A stretch of 64,000 bases of DNA from a virus (Duplodnaviria > Caudoviricetes), in the IMG/VR virus record IMGVR_UViG_3300027210_000001, positions 17,322 through 81,321 of that record. One strand, given 5' to 3'. Shown piece by piece: positions 25,658 through 35,252 of this stretch. Below the pieces are notes generated by a model, which searched no databases, had not been told where the DNA came from, and saw only the letters and a list, made by a program, of their open reading frames with translations. A program made the translations under genes and the position numbers. Every line of letters starts with the position of its first letter. Within the stretch, counting starts at the first letter, position 1.

Positions 25658-26254
25658 TTACTGCAGTTCTTCCCAGACCCAACCCACTTGATACGCATCA
25701 ATGAAGCAAGGGATACCAAGGGATTCCATTAGTTCATGGATCAAGCGCCCTTTGCCTAAACGCTGACCTTGTGGAGATGTGATGTTGTCATCAACAATGA
25801 TTAAGGTGCCAGGGTTGATGATGTTCTTGGCGGCAAACAATTCCTTGAGGTGATGAGCAGCCGGTGCCCAATCATTGTTCCAATCAGAGATGTTGTACGA
25901 GTCCAGGTACAACAGATCACAGCGTCCCTCTAGGGTGCCAAGGAATTCGACCGAGTCTGACTCGATAACTTCAGTGTTATTGCCGGTGCTTGCAGCGGCT
26001 AACTCACAAGCTTCTGGGTCAATGTCAATGGAGATCAGTTGGCCGCCATGGCAGCTGACGTACGTATCAAAGAGAAGAGTCGAGCAACCGTCGCCCGTGT
26101 AATTATTCTCTTCTCGGTAGGTACCCGTCTCAATAATGATGGGGTTTTGGACCCCATTTAGGTGGTCGAAAATTTTTTGGAACCCGTTGGCACGCGCACC
26201 GAGCTTAAGTTTGATCTCGGAAAAATACGTGGTCCAGTCAGTTGCTTGGGTCAC
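25658..26254 (-). CDS. class I SAM-dependent methyltransferase (Methyltransf_24-like)
   Basis: IIETGT, LISIDID, DSVEFL, DLLYLDS, IIVDDN. Confidence 0.85.
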   Translation of the reverse strand: MTQATDWTTYFSEIKLKLGARANGFQKIFDHLNGVQNPIIIETGTYREENNYTGDGCSTLLFDTYVSCHGGQLISIDIDPEACELAAASTGNNTEVIESDSVEFLGTLEGRCDLLYLDSYNISDWNNDWAPAAHHLKELFAAKNIINPGTLIIVDDNITSPQGQRLGKGRLIHELMESLGIPCFIDAYQVGWVWEELQ

Positions 26255-26412
26255 AGGTCGACTCGAATGTATTCAATGTCTTTGGATTGTAACTCTAGCT
26301 CAAACGCATCGGCTTTAACTGTTTCAACATCATCAAAGATGCTTTGGTTTAAGATGCCGGTGCGTTCTTCGTCATCAATGTCGTAATAAAATCTGGTGAG
26401 ATTAATAGACAC
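26251..26412 (-). CDS. 53-aa acidic protein (not in ORF track)
   Basis: GTG start, SINLTRFYYDIDDEE...YIRVDL*, GTGA overlap. Confidence 0.6.
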   Translation of the reverse strand: MSINLTRFYYDIDDEERTGILNQSIFDDVETVKADAFELELQSKDIEYIRVDL

Positions 26413-26641
26413 CAATGAACTCCCAAATGGATTTGTGGGTTACCAACTCCCATTGAAGGATAAAGATCACGGCAAGCATAGCAGCCCTCCCATTAAAACG
26501 CTCGGCGTACCAGAGGTAATCCTCAGGATGGGTCGGGAAGTTGGTCATGTCAAGATCGGGGCAATACCGACTGACAATTTCTTGGGCGATCCAGGAGAGA
26601 CAGTTGTACCATTCTTGGATCCAGAGCACTGCTTTGTTCAT
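26402..26641 (-). CDS. hli: high-light-inducible protein
   Basis: AERFNGRAAML followed by a TM helix (ExxNGRxAM chlorophyll-binding motif). Confidence 0.93.
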   Translation of the reverse strand: MNKAVLWIQEWYNCLSWIAQEIVSRYCPDLDMTNFPTHPEDYLWYAERFNGRAAMLAVIFILQWELVTHKSIWEFIGVY

Positions 26642-26742
26642 TGGTTTTTGAAGACTTCGGCAATGAACAGGTAGGCGTCAACCCCTACAACAAGAACAAT
26701 AGCGGCAATCAGCCATATAATTGTTTGCCTTTGGTTTTCCAT
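26638..26742 (-). CDS. 34-aa single-TM peptide (not in ORF track)
   Basis: MENQRQTIIWLIAAIVLVVGVDAYLFIAEVFKNQ*, ATGA overlap with hli. Confidence 0.65.
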   Translation of the reverse strand: MENQRQTIIWLIAAIVLVVGVDAYLFIAEVFKNQ

Positions 26743-26794
26743 TGTCAGTCACTAGGTCTATACGCTAGGATAACAGCAATATACAAAACCTTCA

Positions 26795-27649
26795 ATGGTT
26801 GCTAGAATTGAATCAAGCGATCCATGGTCGCTGAAATATCAAGAGCAGCCAGAGTTGATGCGGGAGCTGAACAGCCGCCCCGCCCGTATTACAATTAACG
26901 GAAAGCGACACTACCATACACCGTTTGTAACAGGGCCGGCGCCCAGTGTAACTACAATTATTTCAGAGACAGCCTCCGAAGCTAACAAACGGAAGCTGGA
27001 GATGTGGAGTAAAAACAATCCAGGCGTAAAGGAAGCTGCTGCCGAACGTGGAACTGCTATCCACTATGGCATGGAGTGTTACCTAAAAGGGGATAAGAAC
27101 CCTGAAATTGCTGAAGAGTACCAGGACTTTTGGTCGGGTATGCCAGGGATTCTTGATCAGTTTGATGAGGTGCTATGGGCTGAAACTCCTCTGTTGGACA
27201 AGCATCAATTCACATTATCGGAAGATGGTATTGGTAGGGTATGGGCCCATGATGATGAGGGTCGTGCCTGGGTGGGTTCACCTGACATCATTGGTGTCGT
27301 AGGGAACAAACTGACGCTTGCTGACCTCAAGACCAGTGTCAAACCGTATAGCCGCAAGTGGCCTAAGGACCTGGAGAAGGGGTCGATGGAATGGCGTGAT
27401 CTCTTGGGTGGTCACATGAAATTCAAAAAGACCTGCAAACAACTTGCTGCTTATGACCTAGGTATTGAGCAGACTCTTGGGATGCGGGTCCAGCAGGCAG
27501 CCATCTTGGTGTCAACGCCTGTTCGTACACAAGTATTTAAGATTTCCCGAAAGTTCTTGGATTCCCTGAGGGGTGACTGGCTAAAAGTAGTAGAAGAGTA
27601 CTACAAACAGATTGAACATTGCAATGTGTACGACCCTGATCTGATCTAA
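26795..27649 (+). CDS. PD-(D/E)XK exonuclease
   Basis: PSVTTII, ERGTAIH, VGSPDII...LADLKTS, QLAAY. Confidence 0.88.
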   Translation: MVARIESSDPWSLKYQEQPELMRELNSRPARITINGKRHYHTPFVTGPAPSVTTIISETASEANKRKLEMWSKNNPGVKEAAAERGTAIHYGMECYLKGDKNPEIAEEYQDFWSGMPGILDQFDEVLWAETPLLDKHQFTLSEDGIGRVWAHDDEGRAWVGSPDIIGVVGNKLTLADLKTSVKPYSRKWPKDLEKGSMEWRDLLGGHMKFKKTCKQLAAYDLGIEQTLGMRVQQAAILVSTPVRTQVFKISRKFLDSLRGDWLKVVEEYYKQIEHCNVYDPDLI

Positions 27650-27652
27650 GTC

Positions 27653-27832
27653 ATGCCCTGGAATACTGATGATCCCATGGAACGACGCAAGCGTATCGCA
27701 TGGTCTGTCGCAACCTCGTCTTGTATTGAGACTGGTAAAGATCCTGTAGATGTCTATAACAAGCTAATGGACGACTGGGATGAGGTCGACAAAAACAGTC
27801 ACCTTACCTTGGATGAGTCTCATAAGACTTAG
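27653..27832 (+). CDS. 59-aa hypothetical protein (not in ORF track)
   Basis: MPWNTDDPMERRKRIAW...HKT*. Confidence 0.6.
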   Translation: MPWNTDDPMERRKRIAWSVATSSCIETGKDPVDVYNKLMDDWDEVDKNSHLTLDESHKT

Positions 27833-27907
27833 TGATTTAACGAAATTTTGATGGTGCCCCTAGATTGCCGGCCGTAGGATAAAGAGACACACAAGTCAAG
27901 CCCTCCT

Positions 27908-28096
27908 GTGGAAATTCCGATTTTCATGGGCGAGTGGATAAACACGCTCCAAAGTCGCATGACGAATGCGATGGATGGGGATTGTTTTCTCTTGCCTACA
28001 TACATGCACCTCCATGCATTTACCATCCTCAAGGATGGGATGTTCGCCGAGCGAGACTTTAAAGTAGAACTACAAAACACCAAGGAAGCCCAATGA
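27908..28096 (+). CDS. hypothetical protein
   Basis: 62 aa, ATGA overlap with primase. Confidence 0.65.
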   Translation: MEIPIFMGEWINTLQSRMTNAMDGDCFLLPTYMHLHAFTILKDGMFAERDFKVELQNTKEAQ

Positions 28097-30732
28097 ACGC
28101 AAACCAACAACTCCTGAAACCCGGCGAAATTCGTCTCGACTACATCCCCATCGATTGGCCGTTAACGCCATTAGGCGGTAACAAGGATCCGTATGTCGCA
28201 GGCTGGCAAAACAAACCTTTTAGCGTACGAGAAATTGAAGAAGAACTTACCACGGGAGACTGCAAAGCCATCGGGCTACTGGGCGGGCCTGTCTACAACC
28301 ATCCTTATGGTTTGGTGTGGGTGGATGTTGATGGCCCGAGTGTCTACAAGTTACTCGAAGACATCTCCGGATTACCCCTACAAGACGCACTGCCGCCAAC
28401 ACTGACGATTTTCAGTGGCAAAATCGGACGTGAACGGAAACTGTACCGTTTAGACCGAGAAAAACATAAGCATTTTGCGCGTAACAAATATACGTGGCAC
28501 GCAGAAGGAGACAAAGAAAAGCTTGAGATCTTGTGGAAGAAGCACCAAGGCGTGTTAATGGGTCTGCACCCTGAGACCGATGGTTACTTTACGGGAGAAG
28601 GCTGTGGTTTTGAGTGGTCCCAGGAACTGCCTGAATTCCCGGAATGGTTGCTGGCTGCCATCATTAACAAGAATGTAAAGCATGGTATTCCGTCGACTGA
28701 GATCAGTCGGGTCGTCATGCCAAGCAGCGTTGTTCACAGTGTGATCAGCGTTGACCGTGACATGAAGCTGGCCGTCAAGGCAATGTGGGCTTTACCGCCG
28801 GAAGCTGCGGATGATTATGACATCTGGATCATGATCGGTCAGTCGCTCCACAGCCTGGACGAATCTCTGTTAGATGACTGGGATAACTGGTCGCAACAGT
28901 CGGACAAGTATCGGGAAGGTGAGTGTCACAAGCGTTGGCTGTCCTTTAGTAAAGGCGGTGGTCGTGGCATTGGCACCCTCATCCAGACTGCCCAGGAGCA
29001 TGGCTTTGTCGTGCCCCAGGACTATCGGGCAGAAAGCGTAGATGACGAGACGCTTGAGGCTGCAGCAGCAAAGCTGAAGGCCATTGAAGAAGGCGAAGGT
29101 ATGGTCGTAACAATTCCTAAAGAAAAAGAGGAGCGCTTGATGTCTAGCGTTGGGCATATCGCTAACTCACTTGAGGAAGCCATGAGGATGGGCGAAGATG
29201 TCAGGACGGTAGAAGAAAGCAAACGCAATCCATCTACATCTGAAATTGCTGATGTACTCCTAGGTAAGTACAAAGGCGATGTGCTGTACAGCCTGCCACA
29301 TAACCAGTTCTTTGTTTATGACACTCGTCAACATGTCTGGTTGCCGCTGACAAAAATTGAGGCGATGGGCAAGATTCGCCATGATCTTTCGATGCTTGGC
29401 AAGTTTCTTCCCAAGGGCTTCACGTCGAACATGATGAATGATGTCTTCATTCAGCTCCAGGCGTCCTTGGCATTCAGTGAGTGGTATGACGGCACTGACT
29501 ACCTGCTGTTCACGAACGGCATCTTGAATGTGGCAACGCGTGAACTGCTTCCGTTTAATCGGAACATGTACATGACGCAACAAATGCCCTATGAGTATGA
29601 CCCGTCTGCTACATGCGAAGCCATTGTCCAATGGCTGAAGCACACCCAACACGACAGTTGGAAGCGCACTCAAGTGCTGCGTGCATGGCTGAGGGCAACC
29701 CTTCTGGGTCGCTACGAAACTCAGAAGTTCCTTGAGATTGTTGGACCTGGTAAGTCGGGTAAATCTACCTACGCAAACCTGGCAGTTGCACTGGTTGGTA
29801 AAGCTAACTGCTACTCCACGGACATGGAGAACCTGGAGAAGAACCGATTTGAAGCTGCATATTGCTTCAATAAAAAGTTGCTGCTGTTCCAGGATGCCGA
29901 CCGTTGGGGTGGCTCCGTATCAAAACTTAAGGCCATCACAGGTTGTGACTGGATTCGTGCTGAGCGTAAATATCAGGGCGATGCGATGGATCCCTTCCAG
30001 TACCACGGTGTTGTTATTATTACCGCCAACGAAGCTATTCAGTCAACTGACTACACGTCTGGTCTTGCTCGTCGCCGCCTCACCATTCCGTTCGATCGTC
30101 CATTTGAAGGTGGACAGTCCGAGCAAAAGGAGCTGATTAAGTTTGATACCAAGGGGAATCCGCAGGGTGTGTTTGCGCCACTGCTTCCTGGCCTCGTTAA
30201 CTGGGTCTTGGACATGACTGAGGATGACATGCGGGAACTCCTGATGGAGACCAGTCAACATGTACCGTTCTTCAAAAAGTATGAGAAGGCGCAATCCCTG
30301 CGTTCTAACCCCATGCTTGATTGGTTGGATAGCAAGGTGGTGTTTGAGCCAAATGAATCGACTCCTGTTGGTTACTGCAAAGTAGCTGCAAGCGGTGGGT
30401 CTGGTGTCTACATGAATTGGGGCACCTGGCTGTACCCAAGCTATGCAGAGTTCTGCCGTAGCTGTAACGTCGGCATTATTTCACGTGCTCGTTTTGAAGT
30501 GCTGCTGATGGACATTATCCAACATCAGTTGAAGCTGAATGCCTATAGCATGAAAAACACGCAGGGTCTTCGCATCAACAACGTGGCAATCAGGGACAGT
30601 AACAACAAATACACTGACTACCCTTCGATTGTTGAGCTGGCTGCCAACCCGGAAGAGTACATTCCTTTCTACGGTTCCGTCAAAATTAAGGCTGGTGATG
30701 CGAAGATAGATGATATGCCTGCCGAAATGTGA
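28093..30732 (+). CDS. primase-helicase: Prim-Pol (AEP) + PriCT-2 + D5/P4-like SF3 helicase
   Basis: VWVDVDG, YDIWIMIGQSLH...WDNWS (PriCT-2), LLFTNG, Walker A GPGKSGKST, RLKAITGCD-like SKLKAITGCD, LARRRL. Confidence 0.92.
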   Translation: MNANQQLLKPGEIRLDYIPIDWPLTPLGGNKDPYVAGWQNKPFSVREIEEELTTGDCKAIGLLGGPVYNHPYGLVWVDVDGPSVYKLLEDISGLPLQDALPPTLTIFSGKIGRERKLYRLDREKHKHFARNKYTWHAEGDKEKLEILWKKHQGVLMGLHPETDGYFTGEGCGFEWSQELPEFPEWLLAAIINKNVKHGIPSTEISRVVMPSSVVHSVISVDRDMKLAVKAMWALPPEAADDYDIWIMIGQSLHSLDESLLDDWDNWSQQSDKYREGECHKRWLSFSKGGGRGIGTLIQTAQEHGFVVPQDYRAESVDDETLEAAAAKLKAIEEGEGMVVTIPKEKEERLMSSVGHIANSLEEAMRMGEDVRTVEESKRNPSTSEIADVLLGKYKGDVLYSLPHNQFFVYDTRQHVWLPLTKIEAMGKIRHDLSMLGKFLPKGFTSNMMNDVFIQLQASLAFSEWYDGTDYLLFTNGILNVATRELLPFNRNMYMTQQMPYEYDPSATCEAIVQWLKHTQHDSWKRTQVLRAWLRATLLGRYETQKFLEIVGPGKSGKSTYANLAVALVGKANCYSTDMENLEKNRFEAAYCFNKKLLLFQDADRWGGSVSKLKAITGCDWIRAERKYQGDAMDPFQYHGVVIITANEAIQSTDYTSGLARRRLTIPFDRPFEGGQSEQKELIKFDTKGNPQGVFAPLLPGLVNWVLDMTEDDMRELLMETSQHVPFFKKYEKAQSLRSNPMLDWLDSKVVFEPNESTPVGYCKVAASGGSGVYMNWGTWLYPSYAEFCRSCNVGIISRARFEVLLMDIIQHQLKLNAYSMKNTQGLRINNVAIRDSNNKYTDYPSIVELAANPEEYIPFYGSVKIKAGDAKIDDMPAEM

Positions 30733-31088
30733 GTAACGGACGCCATCTGATTCTGGACCTGTATGACTGTGATCCAGAAGTGTTGAATGACTATGAGGAG
30801 CTTCAGCGATTGCTTGAGGCTTCTCTTGTCATGGCAAAGGCAAATATCTTACGCATCATTGGTGAGAAATTTGAACCGCAAGGAGTGACACTACTGGCAC
30901 TGCTGGCGGAATCACATGCATCTGTTCATACGTGGCCAGAAATTGGGTATGCCGCAATCGATCTCTACACGTGTGGTGACACAACGGAAACGCACCGTGC
31001 AGCTGAGTTCCTAAAAACAAAACTCAAAGCCAAAACATCAGAAGAAAAAGAACTTGTACGGTCGATTACGCCGTCCGTTTCGGTATAG
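30729..31088 (+). CDS. speD: S-adenosylmethionine decarboxylase proenzyme
   Basis: GRHLILDLY, LLAESHASVHTWPE (E-S self-cleavage site), IDLYTCG. Confidence 0.96.
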   Translation: MSNGRHLILDLYDCDPEVLNDYEELQRLLEASLVMAKANILRIIGEKFEPQGVTLLALLAESHASVHTWPEIGYAAIDLYTCGDTTETHRAAEFLKTKLKAKTSEEKELVRSITPSVSV

Positions 31089-31112
31089 TTAAACAAGAAT
31101 ACTTTCTGTTTA

Positions 31113-32384
31113 ATGACTAAAAAACCTAAACTTCTGTGGTCTGGTGACATTGTTGCCATGACTGGCTTTGCACGTGTGACGGAAAATGTCCTGAAGCACC
31201 TAAAAGATAAATTTGACATCGTGGTGCTAGGCAATAACTGGTGGGGAGATCCCTGTGAACAACAGCAGGAGTACAAGATGTATCCTTCATCAAACAGGTT
31301 TCAAGTAGCTCCGTTTGGTGAGCAACGTATCCGCGAAGTGGTTGAAAAAGAACAGCCCGATTTGGTGTTCACTATCAACGATATGTGGATCATCAATAAT
31401 CAATATGAACAGATTAAAGATCTGCATCAGGCTGGCAAATTTAAATTCGTAGGTTATGCACCTATGGACAGCTATGGCTGGACTGGTTGCCTTGCGGATA
31501 CTGCCAATAGCTGGGATGCCGTTGTTTCGTATACAGAATTTGGTGCGTACGAATTTATTCGTGGTGGTATTACCAAGCCCATTGCTGTGGTGCCCCATGG
31601 GGTGACACCTGGGCAGTTCTATCCCCTGGACCGGAATGAATGTCGTAAAAAACTGGGCTTAGATCCGGATGACTTCATTGTATTCAACGGTAACCGTAAT
31701 CAATTCCGTAAACGGATCGACATCACAATCAAAGCATTTGCTCAGTTTGCCGTAGACAAACCTAATGCAAAGCTGTACTTGCACATGGGTCTTAAGGACC
31801 AGGGCTGGGAGATCATGCAAATCTTTGCTCGCGAAATGCAACGCGTTGGCGCCAACCCGAACAACCGGATCATTATGACCACCCAAACGGATGGCCCCCC
31901 AAACGTTTCTGTAGATGCTCTGAACGTCATCTATAACGCCGTTGATGTGGGCGTTAATACCTGCAAGGGTGAGGGCTGGGGCCTTGTCAACTTTGAGCAC
32001 GCTGCCTGCAAGGTGGCTCAGGTGGTGCCAGATCATACGTCCTGTAAGGAGATCTTTGAGGGCTATGGCGAGTTGATTCGCTGTGACCACATCGATTGTG
32101 ATACCAATTACGGAAGGGAAATGCCCTGCCCTTCAGCCGATCACCTGACAGAGATCCTGGAGCGACTTTATGCCATGCCTGAACTCCGCAAGGAAATCGG
32201 CGAACGCTGCTACGAACGAGTGACGGATTCTCAATTCTCATGGGAGACAGTTGCGTCTCAGTTTGGCGGCATCTTCGAGGATGTGCTGCTCCAGGAACAG
32301 GAAACAGTCTCGAGTGAGACACCGGAACCAAAGAAGCCAAGCAAGAAGCGTGGCAAACGTGTTCTTACCGGTAGTGCAACGTAA
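31113..32384 (+). CDS. GT-B glycosyltransferase (GT4-like)
   Basis: NRNQFRKRID, YNAVDVGVNTCKGEGWGLVNFEHAAC. Confidence 0.9.
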   Translation: MTKKPKLLWSGDIVAMTGFARVTENVLKHLKDKFDIVVLGNNWWGDPCEQQQEYKMYPSSNRFQVAPFGEQRIREVVEKEQPDLVFTINDMWIINNQYEQIKDLHQAGKFKFVGYAPMDSYGWTGCLADTANSWDAVVSYTEFGAYEFIRGGITKPIAVVPHGVTPGQFYPLDRNECRKKLGLDPDDFIVFNGNRNQFRKRIDITIKAFAQFAVDKPNAKLYLHMGLKDQGWEIMQIFAREMQRVGANPNNRIIMTTQTDGPPNVSVDALNVIYNAVDVGVNTCKGEGWGLVNFEHAACKVAQVVPDHTSCKEIFEGYGELIRCDHIDCDTNYGREMPCPSADHLTEILERLYAMPELRKEIGERCYERVTDSQFSWETVASQFGGIFEDVLLQEQETVSSETPEPKKPSKKRGKRVLTGSAT

Positions 32385-32406
32385 GTACAGTCGTACTGGT
32401 GCCAAG

Positions 32407-32433
32407 GCCTCCACGTCATGTGGGGGCTTTTTT
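32407..32433 (+). terminator. intrinsic terminator
   Basis: GCCTCCAC-GTCAT-GTGGGGGC followed by TTTTTT. Confidence 0.75.
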
Positions 32434-32509
32434 GTGGTGAAAAGCAGGGTATAGCTGGAAAGTACCCCTTGTTTTTTGCCGCTATAGGCCTGATTCATCT
32501 AGTTTATAG

Positions 32510-32719
32510 GAAAAACGAACTTATGGATAAGTTAGGTTTGGTCAGAAGGTTGGGCATGTATAGGTGGAAAGTTCTACTGATCTGGTCTTAAGATGAGACG
32601 GTGGCGAGAACACCGGGGGTCCGGGGGATACAGATGTACTACACCTGAAAAGTAGAAGTTTACAGCTATACATGCGCAACTTTTCCGGAAAACCTAACTT
32701 ATCCATAAGTTCGTTTTTC
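32510..32719. repeat. 210-bp element with 69-bp inverted arms (outer 30 bp perfect)
   Basis: 32510-32539 is the exact reverse complement of 32690-32719; inner blocks match 12/13 and 10/11; 72-bp spacer. Confidence 0.9.
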
Positions 32720-32839
32720 TCTAGGATAAGTTGAATTAAGCGTATAGCTGTAAAAATATGTAGAATTTTCCCGCTATACCGCACTTTCACGCCCGTTTAC
32801 CGCTATACTTACTGTGTTGAGCGCCCACCAACTCACTTC

Positions 32840-33247
32840 ATGCGCACCTACACGGAACAGATGCCGCTCTGGTACATCCAAGAACGCCTGGCACTGTCGG
32901 ACGAATTCCCCAGTGGCTTGGTCTGGACCATGTCGTTCCAGCGTCACAAGGCTGGAGATGTGGCTGGCAAGCTCGATCGGGTACATGGCGTATACAAGGT
33001 CTGGCTCTGCGGCACTGCCTACGTAGCCCACAGGATTGTGTACTACCTACGCACTGGCGAAGATCCCGGCGCAGCAGACGTAGTTCACGGTGACGACAAC
33101 CCTGATAAAGACAACAGAAAAACGTTGGTTCTGCGCCAAAGGAAAGCACGTAACCCGGTGAAACGCTCTTATTACCGGACTGCAATAAAGGTTGGGCTAT
33201 CCGATGAGGAAGTCATTGCAATGAACAACAAACTTACGGAGGCTTGA
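32840..33247 (+). CDS. degenerate HNH-like protein
   Basis: AGDVAG...AHRIVYYLRTGEDP as in HNH homing endonucleases, but catalytic segment diverged (VVHGDDNPDKDN). Confidence 0.65.
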   Translation: MRTYTEQMPLWYIQERLALSDEFPSGLVWTMSFQRHKAGDVAGKLDRVHGVYKVWLCGTAYVAHRIVYYLRTGEDPGAADVVHGDDNPDKDNRKTLVLRQRKARNPVKRSYYRTAIKVGLSDEEVIAMNNKLTEA

Positions 33248-33250
33248 GCT

Positions 33251-33928
33251 ATGGCAAACACGTTGGACAACCGCAACATACGTCAAGCAGTCCTGGCACC
33301 TTCGGACTACCCTCCCATTCCTGGCATCGAGAAGATGTCAAAGGAAGAACTTGATTCCCATGGTTACTACAAGGGGTACCCGTGCCTTCACAACCATGTC
33401 ATCCGGGAAAAGACAAAGCATTGGTGTTATTACTGCGCACAAAAAATCCGCAGCAATATCTGTGGCTTTGACATCAACTACCTAAGCAGTGACTGTAAGC
33501 ACCAGTACGCCAGGATCTGGAAACAAATCCCTGTACAAGATGTGGAAGATTGCTGGAAAGCACCGAAAGTTGCACGTGGGCGTTATGGGTTACCTTCCTA
33601 CAGAAATCTGACGACCGACAAAACAAACAACAATCAAACAGCACATAAGCTGATCTATCAATGTGCATGGGGAGACGTTGGGTCTATGCGCGTAACACGC
33701 ACCTGTGGTAACAAAGACTGTCTGAATCCATTGCACTTGATTACGAGCTGGAATCGAGTGTTTCCCCCTGGTAATATTCATCCGTTTTTCCCTGAGTTCG
33801 AATACGAGAAGTTAATGCTTTATAGCGAAGCATGTCGTCGTGGCGTACCAACGCTATTGACGGAGCGAGAGTACAAACGCACTATTCAACATCCATTGGC
33901 CCACAAAAATACCCCCGATTATGATTGA
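33251..33928 (+). CDS. His-Me finger (zinc-binding loop) protein
   Basis: AHKLIY...VTRTCGNKDCLNPLHL. Confidence 0.7.
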   Translation: MANTLDNRNIRQAVLAPSDYPPIPGIEKMSKEELDSHGYYKGYPCLHNHVIREKTKHWCYYCAQKIRSNICGFDINYLSSDCKHQYARIWKQIPVQDVEDCWKAPKVARGRYGLPSYRNLTTDKTNNNQTAHKLIYQCAWGDVGSMRVTRTCGNKDCLNPLHLITSWNRVFPPGNIHPFFPEFEYEKLMLYSEACRRGVPTLLTEREYKRTIQHPLAHKNTPDYD

Positions 33929-33954
33929 AGTAATGCATAGTCTCAGCTGTAATA

Positions 33955-34743
33955 ATGTCTCGCAATCAAAACGCACAAGCCCAGCGGAGTGTCCATAACC
34001 CATTGGTACTTGGTACGTTTAGCAATACATCGCTTCGTTACTTAAAGGGCACCCTGGGGCCGCAAAACAAAGTTGTTGGGCGTGCTGATACAAATCAAAA
34101 CTCAAACGGTGGCTTTGGTGGAGGAACTTACAATCATTGGTTCCAGATCAACATCACGTCTCCAGCGTGGATCATTCTTGCAAAAGGACCGCCGCGTCCT
34201 AATTACATCCAAATATCAACCTATGATTTAAACAAAAATCCTATTGAAGGACGCGAAATTTTTAGTAAGGACTCTATCTCGGTAAACAATAATGGCAGTA
34301 CTTATTTTCCGTACATGGATACGGCAATGGGTGCACAGTCTGATTTATACAATACCTTTGATAACTCACGTCTTGACCGTGGAGACGAGCGATACTACCC
34401 ATTGGAAGCTGGTAGTTATCTAGTCTGTGTTGCTACAACACGCAACGAACCTTTGGCTTATGAGCTAGGTGTTGTTATTGAATTTCCAGATACAAGCCTT
34501 TTCTTTGAACTAGAAGATACGGAGGGAGGTGTTTTTCTTCAAGAAGACGCACCTGTGTCACAAAACGCGTTCACAGCAGCCCCAACTTTACAGTATGGTT
34601 TTATTGTGGAAATCGTAGATGATGGGTATTTCAACACCGTGCACGATCACTCGTTATCTGAATGGAAAAGCGCATGGCAGAATGAGCATCAAGACACGGA
34701 TCCTTTCCCTGAAATTTTTGTACCTTTGACAAACAGGTCATGA
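33955..34743 (+). CDS. hypothetical protein (beta-sandwich-like)
   Basis: 262-aa ORF; HWFQINI...LEAGSYLVCV pattern. Confidence 0.75.
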   Translation: MSRNQNAQAQRSVHNPLVLGTFSNTSLRYLKGTLGPQNKVVGRADTNQNSNGGFGGGTYNHWFQINITSPAWIILAKGPPRPNYIQISTYDLNKNPIEGREIFSKDSISVNNNGSTYFPYMDTAMGAQSDLYNTFDNSRLDRGDERYYPLEAGSYLVCVATTRNEPLAYELGVVIEFPDTSLFFELEDTEGGVFLQEDAPVSQNAFTAAPTLQYGFIVEIVDDGYFNTVHDHSLSEWKSAWQNEHQDTDPFPEIFVPLTNRS

Positions 34744-34874
34744 TCAAACAACTTCTTAGGCTAATAACAAAACTAAAATCAACTCAAAAACCAAAGCACT
34801 CACCAACATTGGCCTGGCAAAAGTATTGTGATGACAATCCAGAAGCCCTGGAATGTCGCATGTACGAAGTATAA
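34740..34874 (+). CDS. cp12: minimal CP12-like protein (44 aa, C-terminal Cys pair only; not in ORF track)
   Basis: Ends YCDDNPEALECRMYEV*, the CP12 C-x8-C tail; ATGA overlap with the upstream gene. Confidence 0.8.
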   Translation: MIKQLLRLITKLKSTQKPKHSPTLAWQKYCDDNPEALECRMYEV

Positions 34875-34904
34875 GTCTAAAATAAAAGAAACCGTATCCC
34901 TCTC

Positions 34905-35069
34905 ATGGTACATCTTAACCAGTACTTTGAAGTGGCTCTTGCCATTCACGCTGCATGTTCGGCTATCTGCGCACTGACCCCGACACCAAAAGACGATCGG
35001 GTTGCACGTAAGTTGTACAAGTTGATTGAAATTGGCGGTTTGGTGATTGGCCGTGCCAAACAACGTTGA
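34905..35069 (+). CDS. 54-aa putative holin-like membrane protein (not in ORF track)
   Basis: Two hydrophobic segments around TPTPKDD, basic C-terminus, near the endolysin; TAAAAT box upstream. Confidence 0.55.
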   Translation: MVHLNQYFEVALAIHAACSAICALTPTPKDDRVARKLYKLIEIGGLVIGRAKQR

Positions 35070-35252
35070 TTAATCAGGTAACACCTGAGTCCAGAACACA
35101 ACGCCATCGTTGTCTTCTACCCATTTTTTAGTTGCGTAAGCCTCTTCTTTACTGAGGGTTACGCACTTTTTTTCGTCGCCAACTTCCCAGCACATATTGA
35201 TGCGAATCCTTAAATTTTTATTACGTTTCACTTTGCTACGGTAATTGCCCAA
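35070..35252 (-). CDS. hypothetical protein
   Basis: 60-aa ORF downstream of the endolysin. Confidence 0.6.
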   Translation of the reverse strand: MGNYRSKVKRNKNLRIRINMCWEVGDEKKCVTLSKEEAYATKKWVEDNDGVVFWTQVLPD

